A stretch of 64,000 nucleotides of DNA. Source: the human T2T-CHM13v2.0 reference genome, Homo sapiens. The notes under the pieces are model-generated. The model was not told the DNA's origin and did no database searches. It worked only from the letters and a program-made list of their open reading frames with translations. The stretch is from the NCBI RefSeq assembly GCF_009914755.1, contig NC_060930.1. One strand, 5' to 3'. Of this stretch, positions 42,334 through 60,764 are shown piece by piece (position 1 is the first letter of the stretch; each line of letters opens with the position of its first letter). Position numbers and translations under genes: made by a program.

Positions 42334-43359
42334 ATGAGGAAAAACCAGCGTAAAAATGCTGAAAATTCCAAAACCAGAATGCCTCTTCCCCTCCAAAGGA
42401 TCACAACCCCTTGCCAGCAAGGGAAAAAAACTGGACAGAGAATGAGTTTGATGAATTGACAGAAGTAGGCTTCAGAAGGTAGGTAATAAAAAACTCCTCC
42501 GAGCTAAAGGAATATGTTGTAACCCAATGCAAGGAAGCTAAGAACATTGCAAAAAAGGTTAGACAAATTGCTAACTAGAATAACTGGTTTAGAGAGCAAC
42601 ATAAATGACCTGATGGAGCTGAAAAACACAGCACGAAAATGTTGTGAAGTACATAAAAGTATCAATACCCAAATTGATCAAGTAGAAGAAAGGATATCAG
42701 AGGTTGAAGATCATCTCAATGAAATAAAATGAGAAGAACGATTACAGAAAAAAGAGTGAAAGGAAATGAACAAAGCCTCCAAGAAATATGAGACTATGTG
42801 AAAAGATCAAATCTACATTTAATTGGTGTATCTGAAAGTGACAGGGAGAACGGAACCAAGTTGGAAAACACTCTTCAGAATGTTATTCAGAAGAACTTCC
42901 CCAATCTTTGCAAGGCAGGCCAACATTCAAATTCAGGAAATACAGAGAACACCACAAAGATACTCTTTGAAAAGAGCAACCCCAAGACACATAATCGTCA
43001 GATTCACCAAAGTTGAAATGAGGGAAAAAATATTAAGCGCAGCCAGAGAGAAAGGTTGGGATACCCACAAAGGGAAGCCCATCAGACTAACAGCAGTTCT
43101 GTCAGCAGAAAGCCTACAAGCCAGAGGAGAGTGGGGGCCAATATTCAACATTATTAAAGAAAAGAATTTTCAACCCAGAATTTCATATCCAGCCAAATTA
43201 AGCTTCATAAGCTATGGACAAAGAAAATCCTTTACAGACAAGCAAATGCTGAGAGATTTTGTCACCACCAAGCCTACCTTACAAGAGCTCCTGAAGGAAG
43301 CACTAAACATGGAAAGGCTCAACCGGTACCAACCGTTGCAAAAACATACCAAATTGTAA
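42334..43359 (+). pseudogene. L1 ORF1p, frameshifted
   Basis: ATG AGG AAA AAC CAG (MRKNQRKNAENSK); later ARGEWG, YPAKLS, ending KHTKL*. Confidence 0.88.
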
Positions 43360-43422
43360 AGACCATTGATGCTATGAAGAAACTGCATTAACTAACAGGC
43401 AAAATAACCAGCTAGCATCATA

Positions 43423-47755
<4,333 letters not shown>

Positions 47756-47777
47756 TTAAAGTATAATTAAAAAAAAA

Positions 47778-49590
47778 ATCAAAAGCATTCTTATACACCA
47801 ATAACAGAGAAAATCATGAGTGAACTCCCATTCACAATTGCTACAAAGAGAATAAAGTACCTACGAATACAATTTACAAGGGGTGTGAAGGAACTGTTCA
47901 AGGAGAACTACAAACCACTGTTCAAGGAAATAAGAGAGGACACAAACACATGGAAAAAATTTCATGCTCATGGATAAGAACAATCAATATCGTGAAAATG
48001 GCCATACTGCTCAAAGTTATTTATAGATTCAATGCTATCCCAATCAAGCTAGCATTGACTTTTTCTTCATGGAATTGGAAAAAACTACTTGAATTTTCAC
48101 ATGGAATCAAAAAAGCACCCGCATATCTGAGACAATCCAAAGCAAAAAGAACAAAGCTGGAGGTATCATGCTACTTGACTTCAAATGATACTAAAAGGCA
48201 ACAGTAACCAAAATAGCATGGTACTGGTACTAAAACAGACATATAGACCAATGCAACAGAACAGAGGCCTCAGAAATAATGCCAAAAATCTACAACCTTC
48301 TGATCTTTGACAAATCTGACAAAAACAAGAAATGGGGAATGGATACCCTATTTAATAAATGGTGTTGGGAAAACTGGCTAGCCATATGTAGAAAGCTGAA
48401 ACTGGATCCCTTCCTTACACTTTATACAAAAAGTAACTCAAGATGGATTAAAGACTTAAATGTAAGACCTAACACCATAAACACCCTAGAAGGAAATCTA
48501 GGCAATACCATTCAGGACTTAGGCATGGGCCAAGACCATGAATAAAAGACCAAAAGCAATGGCAACAAAAGCCAAAATTGACAAATGGGATCTAATTAAA
48601 CTAAAGAGCTTCTTCACAGCAAAAGAAACTATCATCAGAGGGATGAGGCAACCTACAGAATGGGAGAAAATTTTTGCCATCTATCCATGTGACAAAAGGC
48701 TAATATCCAGAATCTATAAAGAACTTAAACAAATTTACAAAATTAAAACAAACAAACCCATCAAAAAGTGGGCGAAGGATATGACCAGACAATTCTCGAA
48801 AGAAGACATTTATGCAGCCAACAAACATATGAAAGGAAGCTCATCATCACTGGTCACTGGAGAAATGCAAATCAAAGCCATAGTGAGATACCATTTCACG
48901 CCAGTTAGAATGGCGATCATTAAAAAGTCAGGAAACAGATGCTGGAGAGCATGTGGAGAAATAGGAATGCTTTTACACTGTTTGTGGGAGTTTAAATTAG
49001 TTCAACCATTGTGGAAGACAGTGTGGCGATTCCTCAAGGATCTAGAATTAGAAATACCATTTGACCCAGCAATCCCATTACTGGGTTTATACCCAAAGGA
49101 TTATAAATCATTCTACTATAAAGACACATGCACACATACGTTTATTGCAGCACTGTTCTCAATAGCAAAGACTTGGAACCAACCCAAACGCCTATCAATG
49201 ATAGACTGGATAAAGAAAATGTGGCACATATACACCATGGAATACTATGCAGCTATAAAAAAAATGAGTTCATGTCCTTTACTGGGACATGGATGGAGCT
49301 GGAAATCATCATTCTCAGCAAACTAACACAGGAATAGAAAACCAAACACCACATGTTCTCACTCATAAGTGGGGGTTGAACAATGAGAACACATGGACAC
49401 AAGGAGGGGAACATCACACACGGGGGCCTGTTGGGGGGTGGGGGGCTAGGGGAGGGATAGCATTTGGAGAAATACCTAATGTAGATGACGGATTGATGGG
49501 TGCAGCAAACCATCATGGCACATGTATACCTATGTAACAAACCTGCACATTCTGCACATGTACTCCAGAACTTAAGGTATATTAAAAAAA
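47778..49590 (+). mobile_element. Second L1 3' segment (~1.8 kb), L1PA7-like
   Basis: Restarts at ORF2 KSQAFLYTNN directly after the first A-tail; 3'UTR aaactaacacagg, ggggctagggg, gtagatgacgg, gcaaacca; has its own A-tail. Confidence 0.93.
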
Positions 49591-49610
49591 AGAAACTGTA
49601 TACCTATATA

Positions 49611-49940
49611 ACCAGAATAAGAAATGGGGGCTGTATCTCATTACAAAAACACTTCGACTCATAAATGATAAAAAGGGATAGGATTAAAATAATATTTTCA
49701 ATACCTAATAAAATAATGGATCTAGGCATTTAATATCAACTGCTAATATCACAGAATGAAGGAGAGCAAAAATCATAATAGAAATACACAACACCCTCTA
49801 TCAAGGACTTTTGCCAAAAAGAATTGAACCTACACATCATCAAGTCCTTAGAAGCAAAGATCAATTTAACAAAAATAAAGACAAGGAAATAGTATGTTAA
49901 ACTACATGATGTTAATTCAACCAAAATAAAAAATATATAT
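49611..49940 (+). mobile_element. Continuation of the L1MD/MC-type fragment
   Basis: aataatggatctaggca..tcaactgctaatatcac..ttgccaaaaa..tgaaccta..tcaagtcc. Confidence 0.5.
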
Positions 49941-50099
49941 ATATGTGTGGGGCACTCCATCTGCTAATACTGCTTCTTACAATTAATATGGAGAATCTCA
50001 TTTCTTTAATAAAGCATAAAATGCATGAAAAATATATTTTAATAAAGTATAAAAAATAAGAAAAGATAAAATGGGACTCATTAAATGTTTTAATGACTT

Positions 50100-50690
50100 A
50101 GTGAAAATGTGCTCAAAATCCCTAATCATCAGGGACATGCAAATCAAAACCACAATAAAATATCACCTCACACCTGTTAGAACAGCTATTATCAAAAAAT
50201 AAGATAAAAGTTGTTGTTGAGGATGTGAAGAAGAGAGAGAAACCTTGTACACTATTGCTGAAAATGTAAATTGGTATATTAACAGTTACTGTAAAAAGTA
50301 GCATGCAGGTTCCTCAAAAAATTAAAAATAAAATTACCTGCAATCCCAATTCTGAGTATATATCCAAAGGAGTTGAAATCAAATCTCAAAAAGATATGTT
50401 CAATCCCATGTTCATTGCAGCATTATTTACAATAGCCAAGATATAGAAACAACTTAAATGTTTATCAGTGGATAAGTGGATAAAGAAAATGCGTTATATA
50501 TACACAAAATAAAATAATGTTCAGCCTTAAAAAAAGAGGGAAATATTGCGTGCATCTATAGAACATAGGACAAATACTGCATAATCTCACTTGTATAAAA
50601 AATCTAAAACAGTTAAATTCATAAAATCAGATAGTGGAATACTGGTTACTAGGGACTGAGTGGAGGAGGAAATAGAAATATATATATTAT
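50100..50690 (+). mobile_element. L1MA/MB ORF2 end and 3'UTR
   Basis: ctaatcatcagggacatgcaaatcaaaaccacaat..cccatgttcattgcagcattatttacaatagccaagat..caaatactgcataatctcactt. Confidence 0.8.
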
Positions 50691-50803
50691 TTATTTTTCT
50701 ATGACTATATATTATTTTATATATTTTATAAATATAAAATTTTAAAACGTATAAAATATACCAATATATGGCTGAGTGTGAACAAAATATTCTGGAAGGA
50801 TTT

Positions 50804-51146
50804 TGCTGTGGTTTGAATAATTATCCCCTCCAAAACTCATGTTAAAATTTGATTGCTGCTGTGGCAGTGTTAGGAGGTGGGACTTTGGGAAATAATAATA
50901 ATGCCATGAAGACTCTGACCCCATGCGTAGGATTAGAACCATTACAAAAGAGCAAGTTTTGCTGTTTTTTGCCTTTTTGCATTTTTGTTTTTCTCCATGT
51001 GATGATGCACCAAAAAGTCTCAGCAGATGCCAACATCTTACTCTTGGACTTCACAACCTCCAGAACTGTGGGAATATAAATTTTTCTTCATTATAAATTA
51101 CCCAATTTCAGTATTGTATTATAGCAGCAGAAAACATACTGAGACA
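50804..51146 (+). mobile_element. MST-family MaLR solo LTR
   Basis: tgctgtggtttgaat..ccaaaactcatgttaaaatttgat..cttggacttc..ctccagaactgtg..ttatagcagcagaaaac..actgagaca. Confidence 0.85.
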
Positions 51147-51589
51147 GAAATATAAGAAACTGATAATAATGATGACCTCTGAGGACTAGAACTGTAAGTC
51201 TGTACTGTTGGGGAAAAAAGAGTAGATTTAAAATAAAATGTTTGGGTTATTATTATAATTTCCTTTGTTTTATTTTTGTTTGATAAGAGAAAAAATAAAA
51301 ATCAATCTGTAATGTTGAAAGTACAATAATAAATATTTGTAGAGAATTTGTAGAAATTATAATATACATTGTATCTTCCAAAGTAAAACCAAAAAAAAGA
51401 GGGGAGAGAAAATCAGAGAAGAACATGAAATATTTGCCTTTGGGCATCTGAACAAAATGTAATTTTACTTTTATTCTTTTTTTCTGTGTATTCTAAATGT
51501 TCTAATAGGATTTTATATCAATTTTATATTATAAAAGAAACCTTTAAAACACCATTTTGTGATCTATCAACTCTTTAAAAAATTGTAAA

Positions 51590-51800
51590 CCAATCCTTTC
51601 CTTAGCCTTTCCAATCCCAGCCTCCAATCCCAAGTCCATCTAATTCTCATTTATTTCATAGCACTTATTACCTTCTTCTCTACAAATTACTTATTTGTAT
51701 AATATTGGCTTTTAATATGCCTTTGCTTTTTTTATTTCTATATCCCAGAAAACTGTTATTTGCATATTGGTGCTTAATGTATGGTGTTGAATTAATGAAA
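51590..51800 (+). mobile_element. L2 3' end
   Basis: catagcacttattacc..tatcccag..ggtgcttaat..gttgaattaatgaa. Confidence 0.55.
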
Positions 51801-51834
51801 AATGCCTTGTCATTTTCCAGGACCTATTTGCCTT

Positions 51835-52429
51835 TTGAAAATGAAAATAAGTAATTCAAAATATAAGCTTTTGGAACTGTAAAATATTTTGAGCATTAAG
51901 GAAGTGTTACTATGGGAGCTGAATCACATAAACATGAAGCTATAACCTAGGAAGCTGTAACCTTTGTTTCTCTGATTATAGATTAGACTTTTTCCTTACC
52001 TACATTGTTTTGTAGAATGTTATACATGACTAAAATGTGACAGAGCAAGCCTCTTTCCTTTTAACTGTTGATGTTCTTTATAGATTAACTTCCCTTCTTC
52101 CTATCTCACACGAAGACTTCATGACTATAACACTGTCTGGGATGAAATGTTAAATATACTTTTTAGTTGGAATGGAAATTAAAATGATCTGTATGAAAAA
52201 GAAAACTAATTAAATTGTTACTCATAAAACAGCCTTGTCTAGAAAATGCTATAATTCTACTAAATTTCTTTGTTTCCTACCTATATAAGCAAGACTTTAA
52301 CTTTTAACTTAGAAGCACTAACCCCATTTCTCTGGAGTCTGTATTTCCCGGATAGCTATTCTCAGCTTTTTGTTTGAATAAACTCTTTAAAACTGGATTC
52401 TGATTCTTTTCATTTTTTTTAGGTTGACA
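51835..52429 (+). mobile_element. ERV1-class solo LTR (MER72-like)
   Basis: tgaaaataagtaattcaaaat.. start, aataaactc polyA signal, taggttgaca end. Confidence 0.65.
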
Positions 52430-52890
52430 TGAATTAAAAAAAAAATTAGTAAAATGGGTATGTGATAAGATCACCACTGCTTCATCCGTCAAGTCTTTGA
52501 TGATGGGCGTTATTTCTGGTTGCTCCAGACGTGTTACTGCATTGAGTTTACTAAGTTGGGAGCAAAAGGAAGTTCTGAATTTGTTTTCTATCTACTCTAC
52601 CTTAGAAACCCTCATTATAAAGGAATGGTAGCCAAACAGATGTCTTTAAACAACACTTCCAGGAATTGGAGAAATAACTGATGCTACTTGCCTTCGCTTC
52701 TCTATTTTGTTTGTTTTAATTAGTATTCCTGTTATTTAGTTTAATTGCTCTGCCCTGAACTCCAGTTACCTTCTTGGGTCTCTAAGCTCATGCTAGCATT
52801 TAAAAGGCACTTCCCCAAGCAGTCTGAGTTGCATTCCTTAAACTCTCCACAATTCTGAACAAGCTGTTTCCCCAGAAATAGCCTATATAC

Positions 52891-53325
52891 TGAGAAAAGA
52901 AAAATAGCTGGAAACAGTCTGAATTATATGAGGTATGCAAAATTTATCAGGCCCAGAGAGAACTGAGGTATCGGACTTCAGTCATATTCTCCCCCCACCA
53001 ACTCATGCCTGGGGGTAACTGTTTAAAGGCATTTTGTTTCTAACCAGATGCCTAACCTATTATCTTCATATTCCTGGAATGTATGATACAAAAAACAATG
53101 TACAACCAATCAACAGCTTATGTTATTTTAATGTAAATTATAGGTAAATAACTCAGAAACTGCCTCTTCTTTTCCTTTCAAAATCCACTTGTAACTTCTG
53201 TTAACCAAAGTGGATATTTAGGGCAACTTGAATCTATGCTCCTGAGTTGCCATCCTCAAGCGTGGCCCAAATAAACTCTCTACTTATATTAATTTGTTCT
53301 CAACTTATTCTTTTTAGGGCAACAA
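52891..53325 (+). mobile_element. ERV1-class solo LTR (MER49-like)
   Basis: tgagaaaagaaaaatagct..gaggtatgcaaaatttatcaggcccagagaga; caaataaactctc; tttaggcaaca end. Confidence 0.7.
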
Positions 53326-53410
53326 CACTCTGCTTCACTTTTTAAAATATTTTCAGATAATTCCTGAAACATCTGGGCAATAGCAAGCTTTTCGTACCTC
53401 TTCTATGTCA

Positions 53411-53953
53411 GTGTGGGGGCCAAGGCCTTTGGCTCCTTAAAGGTTCACTGAAAAATCATTGACATAAGTCAGGTTGATTAACAGGAGTAAAAGCATACAC
53501 CTTTATTTCATGTCTATACACTGGGGCCTTCAGAATAAAGACCAAACCTCTCAATGAGATTACAAAAGCTTAAATACCATCTTGAGGTTACAGAAAGAAT
53601 GGGGGCTTGGATCCAGATAAAACAGTTTATGACAGGGAGAGAGGAACAGTCATGGCTAGTAAAGAAGGCCTTGTTATGTAAATGAAGCCTCACAGGTAGT
53701 AGACCTCAGAGAGAATAGATGGTAAATGTTTCTTTTCAGACTTTTAAAGGTATCAGACTCTCAGTTAATCTCCCCTAGATCCAGGACAAGCCTTGAAAGG
53801 GAAGGCCTGGTTAGTGGGGCATCTTCACAGACGCCAATTTCCCCTACAAAAGACATCTTTGCAGGACCAATTCAGTCTGCTGACCCTGTGGCAACCATTT
53901 CAAAAATGTGTCATAGAAATGTATTTTGGGGTAAAATGTTTTGATTTTCTTCA
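53411..53953 (-). mobile_element. ERV1-class solo LTR (MER39/MER34/LTR29 group)
   Basis: Minus start tgaagaaaatcaaaacattttaccccaaaatac; aataaa; tcagtgaaccttta near the 3' end. Confidence 0.65.
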
Positions 53954-54147
53954 CACCATCTGAAGAATATCTTTTGTAGACCTTCACTGCCTGTCCCCCT
54001 CTGGCACCATTAAAACAACCTAGTCAGTTTCCCCATACTCCATTCCAAACTAGACCTCCCCTTCCCCTCTCTAAAGCGCAAAGTTTTTGAGCCATGTCTC
54101 ACCCTGAAACAAAACTGCTCCACATTTAATCCCACTCTAACTAATTG

Positions 54148-54597
54148 TTGTGCCAGACCCCTATTGACTCCACTAAGGATGACAGTGTGCCCTGGAGGCT
54201 GAAAAAGGAAACTGGAGATAGCAAAAGAGACATAGGATTTATTGAAGGAACTTACATACAGGGACAATCCAGGAGGAGCAGACTGTACCAGAGAACCACC
54301 ACCATTTGTAAAACACATGCAGTTTATATAGCAATTTCACTTAGCACCCTCCACCTAGCAACCTTCACCTAGCAATCTCCATTTAACGCAAAACAAAGGG
54401 CCTGGATCCCTTGTATGGCCTGCATTCCAAGGGAATGGCTGGGGATTCAGATGTCCTTCATAGACAAGGAGTGAAACTCTGGGTTGTCTACTCCTGGATC
54501 CCTTAGCTCAGGACTCCAAACACACATTCTTCTTAGACCATAGGGTCATTCTCAGGGTATGCTTCAGTTATAGTTGTCAGGTGCCTCTGCCGTGTAC
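54148..54597 (-). mobile_element. ERVL-class solo LTR (LTR32-like)
   Basis: Minus ggcagaggcacctgacaac..cataccctgagaatgaccctatggtctaagaagaatgtgtg; TATA-like and AATAAA motifs. Confidence 0.65.
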
Positions 54598-55174
54598 CAA
54601 CTATAATTTATGTCTGTTTACTCTTGGAGATACATTTTCAGTTGGTGGGGTCAGAAGTGAGGAGACATTATCTCTCAGGTGGCTATAACTTTCCTTCACT
54701 TAAGTTTAACTATATGGAGTAATTGTATCCTTTCTGACTCTTGAGTGAAGTATTTGGATGACATAGAATAAGTGAATATGACATATAGTTGATTTCTGGC
54801 GTGACTACGTTTACCTACGTTTACCTATATTCAGAAGTTTCCATACCCAAGAAATTACTGCTATTTATATAATTGACTCAGGTTGCAGGGTTCACAAAAA
54901 TATCTAAACATAAAAAGAATTGTTAATAAAATATTTTTTACATGACCCAAGAGAAGTCATTAGTTCAGAGAAGACTTTTCAATATTTTTACTATATTTGT
55001 AAAATTTAAATGATTTTATAGATAATATATTGTGTACATTATTTATATACTATGTGTCATAAACATATTGTAAGATTGACATTTGGCTTGTGAGTATTAC
55101 TTAGGTTCCAGAAACACTGGAAAACAAGCAGTTATGATAAATCCCTATAGGTATCAGATTCTATAGGTAGGAAT

Positions 55175-55862
55175 TACAGGGCTACAGAAAACTTTTCCCC
55201 AGAATATGGCGCTTCAGCATGCTAAGTGCTTTGAAAATAGAAAGGCCTCAGAAATAAGTCTCAGAACCATGGTTTCTCTCTGATTTTTCCCTCTTCCCTC
55301 TGTTTTTCTGATCCTCTTTCCAAAAGCGTCAGTGGGGACTCTCTCTGGAGTTTCCTTATCTGACTAAGAAAGCTTAAATGCGATTGTCTTAACTCTCCCT
55401 CCCTAGGAATCTCACCAAATAACCAGGAAAGATCAATCCCCAGAAAAGAGAAGAGACCAGTGGTCTGTCACCATGCCCAGATAGACTTTTTACCTGTTCT
55501 TCCAAGGGTAGCTCCACATGATTACCTGGGGGATTTTATCTTTATAATAAAACAATCTTTTTTCATGAGCAGCTCCACCCATCACCTTCCCATAATGTCT
55601 GCCTTCTGCCTCCTAGATCCATTTATTCTTCCCAGTGATTTACTGTCTCTCAAAAGAAATGTCTGCATTTCTCATCTTCCCTCTCCCCTCTGGAGAAAAG
55701 CACATAATCCTCTGTACCTCACTGGGTAATTGAATAATCACTCTGTGATTTTCTCTCTGCACATCAATAAATTTGTGTCTTTTCTCCTATTAATCAGCTT
55801 TTCGTCAGTTGAGTTTTAAGAAAACCTTCAGAGTATAAAGGGGAAGTTTTCACTTAAAACAC
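55175..55862 (+). mobile_element. ERV1-class solo LTR (MER34 group)
   Basis: cagaaaacttttccccagaatatggc..aataaatttgtgtcttttctcctattaatc..aaccttcagag..aaggggaagtttt. Confidence 0.65.
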
Positions 55863-55992
55863 AAGAAATATCCACTTAAAATGATTTCAAACACATTTGG
55901 AACCACAAAAATGTTATTATTAGGAAAACCTAAAAGACATAAAATCATGCAGTTCAATCGTATGTCTAATACTTGGTATTACTAGTGTTTAC

Positions 55993-56710
55993 ATGTTACT
56001 GACAGCAAATCCGCAAGGGTCTGCAGCAACCTCAATTCTTCCCCCTTTAGAAGAAAGAATATGACTGAGGGATATGACTGAGGGTTATATGGCAGAAGAA
56101 GAGACCAAGTTAAGTATAGGAGCAGGAGTGAAAATTTGTTAAAAAGCTTTAGAGAGGAATGAAAAGAAAATAAAGTACACTTGGAAGAGGGCGAAGCGGG
56201 TGACTTGAAAGGCAACTGCACGGTTTGACCTTTTGACATGGAGTTTTGTATGTTGGCATACTTCCAGGGTCTTGTGTTCCTTTTCCCCTGATTCTTCCCT
56301 TGGGGTGGGCTGTCTGCATGCTCAGTGGCCTGTTAGCACTTGGGAGGAGAGCACGTGCAGTGTGTTTACTAGAGTTGTAGGAATACTCACTTGAGGCATT
56401 CTTCCTTACCAGCTGATGTCCCTAGGAGGTCATGCACCATTTAAATTCAGCCATTTTGCCTTTTAGTGTGCATGTGTGAGCCCATTCACTCATTCCTGAG
56501 ATCTTTTTGAGAAGCTGCTGATTACCAGTCTCATTTTTTTCTATTTATAGTAAGACTACCTTTCCCTAGCTGGCTGTGACCCACTATTATTTTAGAGAGA
56601 CAGTTAACTACTGCCAGACCATCACCTGATGGTCGCCTGACACTGCTGGTGGGGTGAGAGGAACTCTCTCCTGCCTTGCACATGCCTAGCTAGCTACCTA
56701 CTATAATATA
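55993..56710 (-). mobile_element. ERV1-class solo LTR (MER50-like)
   Basis: tgttactgacagcaaatcc..ggtctgcagcaacctcaattc; minus start tattatagtaggtagctagctaggcatg. Confidence 0.75.
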
Positions 56711-59700
56711 CAGTATCCAGAGGCACTCCTACAGTCAGGTTTGTCTCAGAAAAGCATTATCTTTTTTCTTCTAAGTACCACAGTTTTGTTTAAAATTATT
56801 TTTAATTGGTATAAAATATCTTCATTAGCAGTATTAGTAATAGTGGAGAGTAATGCAGAGGAATGACTTTTCCTCAGCATACTCTCCTTCATGGTCATGG
56901 TTTTACTTATCAGATAACTTCAGATTTTGTAATTACCTAAGAGGTATTATTATAAATTTTAACAATGAAAATAATTTAGAAGTTATTTTAAGAGGCAAGT
57001 TTAAAATGTAAATGTAAATGTAGAGTCAGCTTTATTTATTGAATGCCTCTGTGGTACAAAAAGTAACACATAGACTGTCTTCAATTACATGCATTAATGG
57101 AAAAGACAAAATATATGCACTTGTAAAAGGCTGACAAATGGTTATAGCAGCATAAATTATACAACTTATTATGTAAACTGAGTAAAAATCATGGCCAGAA
57201 AGAGTCAAGGCAAAGGAATTAAGCATGCTGTGTTTCTGTTAACACAGCCTTCATTCTACCCATCTATTTTGATTGGCAGAGAAAAACCTCTCTAAATAGC
57301 TGAAAGTTTATTGATAAATAGATTTTTTGTAAACATCCTCTATTTAGATACCATTTAAGAATATTCACATGTCAAAGCTCTTAAGGAAATAAAAAGGGCA
57401 AGCAGATCTTTATAACATATATATTAGTTATATATATGGTTAATAATTTTCTGATGACTTAAGGACAGAAAAAAGTTTGATAGAGTTATGCATGCAGATA
57501 TACATAGTTTTAAGTTTTAACAGATTTTGGCAAAACTAAAAGTAAAGGTGTTATAATTTTTGCTAAAATTCATCCAAAACTAGAAAAAAAATTCAAGAGG
57601 AGAAAAAAATAAAATTGAGAAACTAAACATAAGAGTAGACATGAATCAGATACATCTTGTGCAAGAAACAGAAAAAAATAAATGAAATATACGATATGGT
57701 TTACACCAAAACCCATTAATTATTGTTTACATTTTTATCTTCTAATTGCAATATGCTATTTTCGTGTGTATAAAAGTAGAGCACTATATCCTGACTTCAA
57801 GTGCTTTTCTTAAAACAAAACAAACAGAATTAGTTTTTCAGCTTAGCAAAGCATACTATCTATTTTAGCACAGCAGGAATGCTGCCATTTTAATAGGATA
57901 GCAGACAAGTGGATTTATTCTCAATCCTTTAAGCTTCTACTTCAGGGGACTAAAATGTGTGAAAAAAATTTCGGATCCAATTTTAGACTATGTTTCAAAT
58001 CCACTGAGATTCTCCATTCTCTACATCTCTGGAACATGATTATTCTGAGAACATCTACACTTTCACAAGGCTGCCTGCTTCTCTGTTAAGACATGAAAAC
58101 AGAAGAAAATTGAGCAAAAATTGAATTTCATGTGATTGAGCAAATTTGAGTTTCATGTGATTCATGTGAAGAGAATAAACAAAGGGCAAAATAATTCTAG
58201 AGTGCTAGTTACTAAGTTGAAAGGTACAACGTCATTTGTAAATGAAGTTACTTTATTTACTCATGAAGTTAAAATTTTGTTGAGAATTTGTATCTTGTGG
58301 CCTTTACCCAATTTCTCCTTATTGCATGTCAAATAATTGTGTTTTAAAATAAACTCTAAAAAGTTACGGATTGTACTCTTAAAATGCATTATCAATTTTA
58401 ATTTTAAAACATATATTTTCTATTATAAACATTTTTTATAATGGAGGATATTAGAATGAAAAGGAAAATATTCTTGGTCTTCTCAAATAATATAATTTTA
58501 TATAAGGTATAATTTATAGCCTTAAAAGCCTCTATGAAGAGATGTGATATGGATATATTATCCATATTGTTGCCTGAGGAAAATTTTAACTGAAATATGA
58601 ATTATAATTTTTAATAATTTTGAATTTTCTCCTTTGATTCATTTCTGTTTTTCTCTTTTTTACTGTGTTTTATACAAATTGTATAAGGAATAGTTGGCTT
58701 TGATTTTAAATGAGCTATTTGACTTTACTCATGCTATTTTCAGAACACTTTTATTAAATTATGAATTTATTGATTTTGGTTCAGTAGGACCCACGGGTCA
58801 AATAGCAAACTCAACCAACCAAGATATGAAAATGACTCAATAAAGAGAAGAAAAAGTTAAAGTACTTGACAAAATGAGATATGCTGCCACAATTTTGAAC
58901 TTTACTTCTTATGAGAAGGCCCAGGTCAGTTCTGAATTTCTTTGGAATTTGTTTACATTTTAAGATATGGTCATTTGTTCTTCATTTTTAACTGTCTTTT
59001 TTTTTTCCCCTGAAATTTCAAAAGTGAAGAGGTAATCTACAATTGATAGCATATTAGGAGGGGGTTGGCATGCATGGGAAGTAATAGGAGCATAACGGAA
59101 GAGTGAGAAGACATAAAAAGCCACGACAGACTTTCATAGAAAAATGTCAATATATGTCAACTTACCTCAATATTTTCTGGAGCTGTAAAACTACACAATG
59201 GTTGATATTCTTCTTGAAGCTCTGTAACTATATATTACTTAATTACAAAAGGGATACACGCAAGATTTTAGGGAAGGTGTCCTTTCTGGCTGACACATAC
59301 AAATTGATTATATGTGTGTATGTACACACATATAATATTACGATATTACTATAATACTTCCACAATCTCTTAACAGCATGAAATCTTCAACCACTTCTCT
59401 GACTCTCCCCATAATCTTTGGCTAATGACTCTTCCCTGAATCTTCCCACCATAGTCTTCTCAATTGGTGGCCCATTTTTCAACAACAGTTCATATATTAA
59501 TGGTCCTGGAGTTGGGGTTTAAGTGTCCTCTTTGCTTTCCCTTGTTGCTTTCAGGTTATTCTTTATTTCCTTTCTATCACAAACAACATTAAATTGCATG
59601 GTCCATATCACTACACCTCACTGGTTCATAATACTATATTTGGTACTTTCTTCTACACCCACGGATCATTCCCAATTGTGTGCTGGCTTCCTTTTTACTG

Positions 59701-59894
59701 TCACTTCTTCCAGTACAGCCCTTGTATTAATTATCATTGATTTCATTATGCACAAAGAGAATCATTCCTTGAACCCTTCTTTTTCAACAATCTTGCTCTG
59801 CACACTACTTCAGCTATTTTCTTTCATAGTTATGCCCTACACCTGGCTATTATTTAGTAATTTTCCTCCAATATTAATTGTAAGCATCTTGCAT

Positions 59895-60275
59895 TGTTGT
59901 GGGCTGAACTGTATCCTCTCCACCCTCCAAACTCATATGTATGTGACTATATTTGGAAACAGGACCTCTACAAAGGTAACTAAGGTAAAATGAAGTCTTA
60001 TGGGTGGGTCTTAATTCATTATGACTGGTGTACTTTTAAAAAGAGGAGATTTAAACACAGACGTGTGCACAGTGGAAAGATCTGTGACAACAGAGGGAGA
60101 AATTCAGCCATCCAAGCCATCCACAAGTGAAGGAGAGAGGTCTCAATGAAACCAACACTGCTGACAACTTGATCTTGGACTGCTACCCTGGATAACTGTG
60201 AGGAAATAAATTTCTGGTGTTTTAGCCATCCAGTCTGCAGTATTTTATTTTGGCAGCCTTAGAAAACTAAACACA
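59895..60275 (+). mobile_element. MLT1 (MLT1B/C-like) solo LTR
   Basis: tgttgtgggctgaactgt..atgtgactatatttggaaacagg..actgtgaggaaataaatttctg..tttggcagccttagaaaactaaacaca. Confidence 0.85.
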
Positions 60276-60764
60276 CACTATCTTCCACCTCCTATCTTCC
60301 CAACACATTTCTTTTAGTACACAATCAATTTCAACCCAGCTGTGTCCTAGACCTATTGATCATACAGTCTCTTATCACTGTGATTTCTTCCTTGCCCTCT
60401 TTTGCCAGTTTAAACTCCACGTTTAGTCATTTTTAACTTCTTTCTGAACTACAGCTGGAACATACAAACAGTATATGTACATATTGATGAATTACTACCA
60501 AATGTATGCTCTCATGTAACACATATGGAGTATTAACATGGTGAATCATTTGGTTCCTCCTTGTCTTTCTCTTTCTTTACTGTACTTATTTTGCATAAAT
60601 GTAATTCTGGCTGAATTCAATTTTCCCTTTATTAGGTACATTTGCTTGTAAAGAGAGATGATTTTGGAGAAAAATTTGCAAATGTGCACACCATACTCAC
60701 TTTGAATTAAAGAAAAACCTTGTTGTTGGTTACTTTGGTTCATTCTCTATTTAGGTTTTTAGAC

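Noticed and set aside
59523-59993. 156-aa ORF resembling a membrane protein
   Set aside because: Spans a pyrimidine-rich L2 remnant and an MLT1 LTR, starts at GTG, and its hydrophobicity reflects T-richness.
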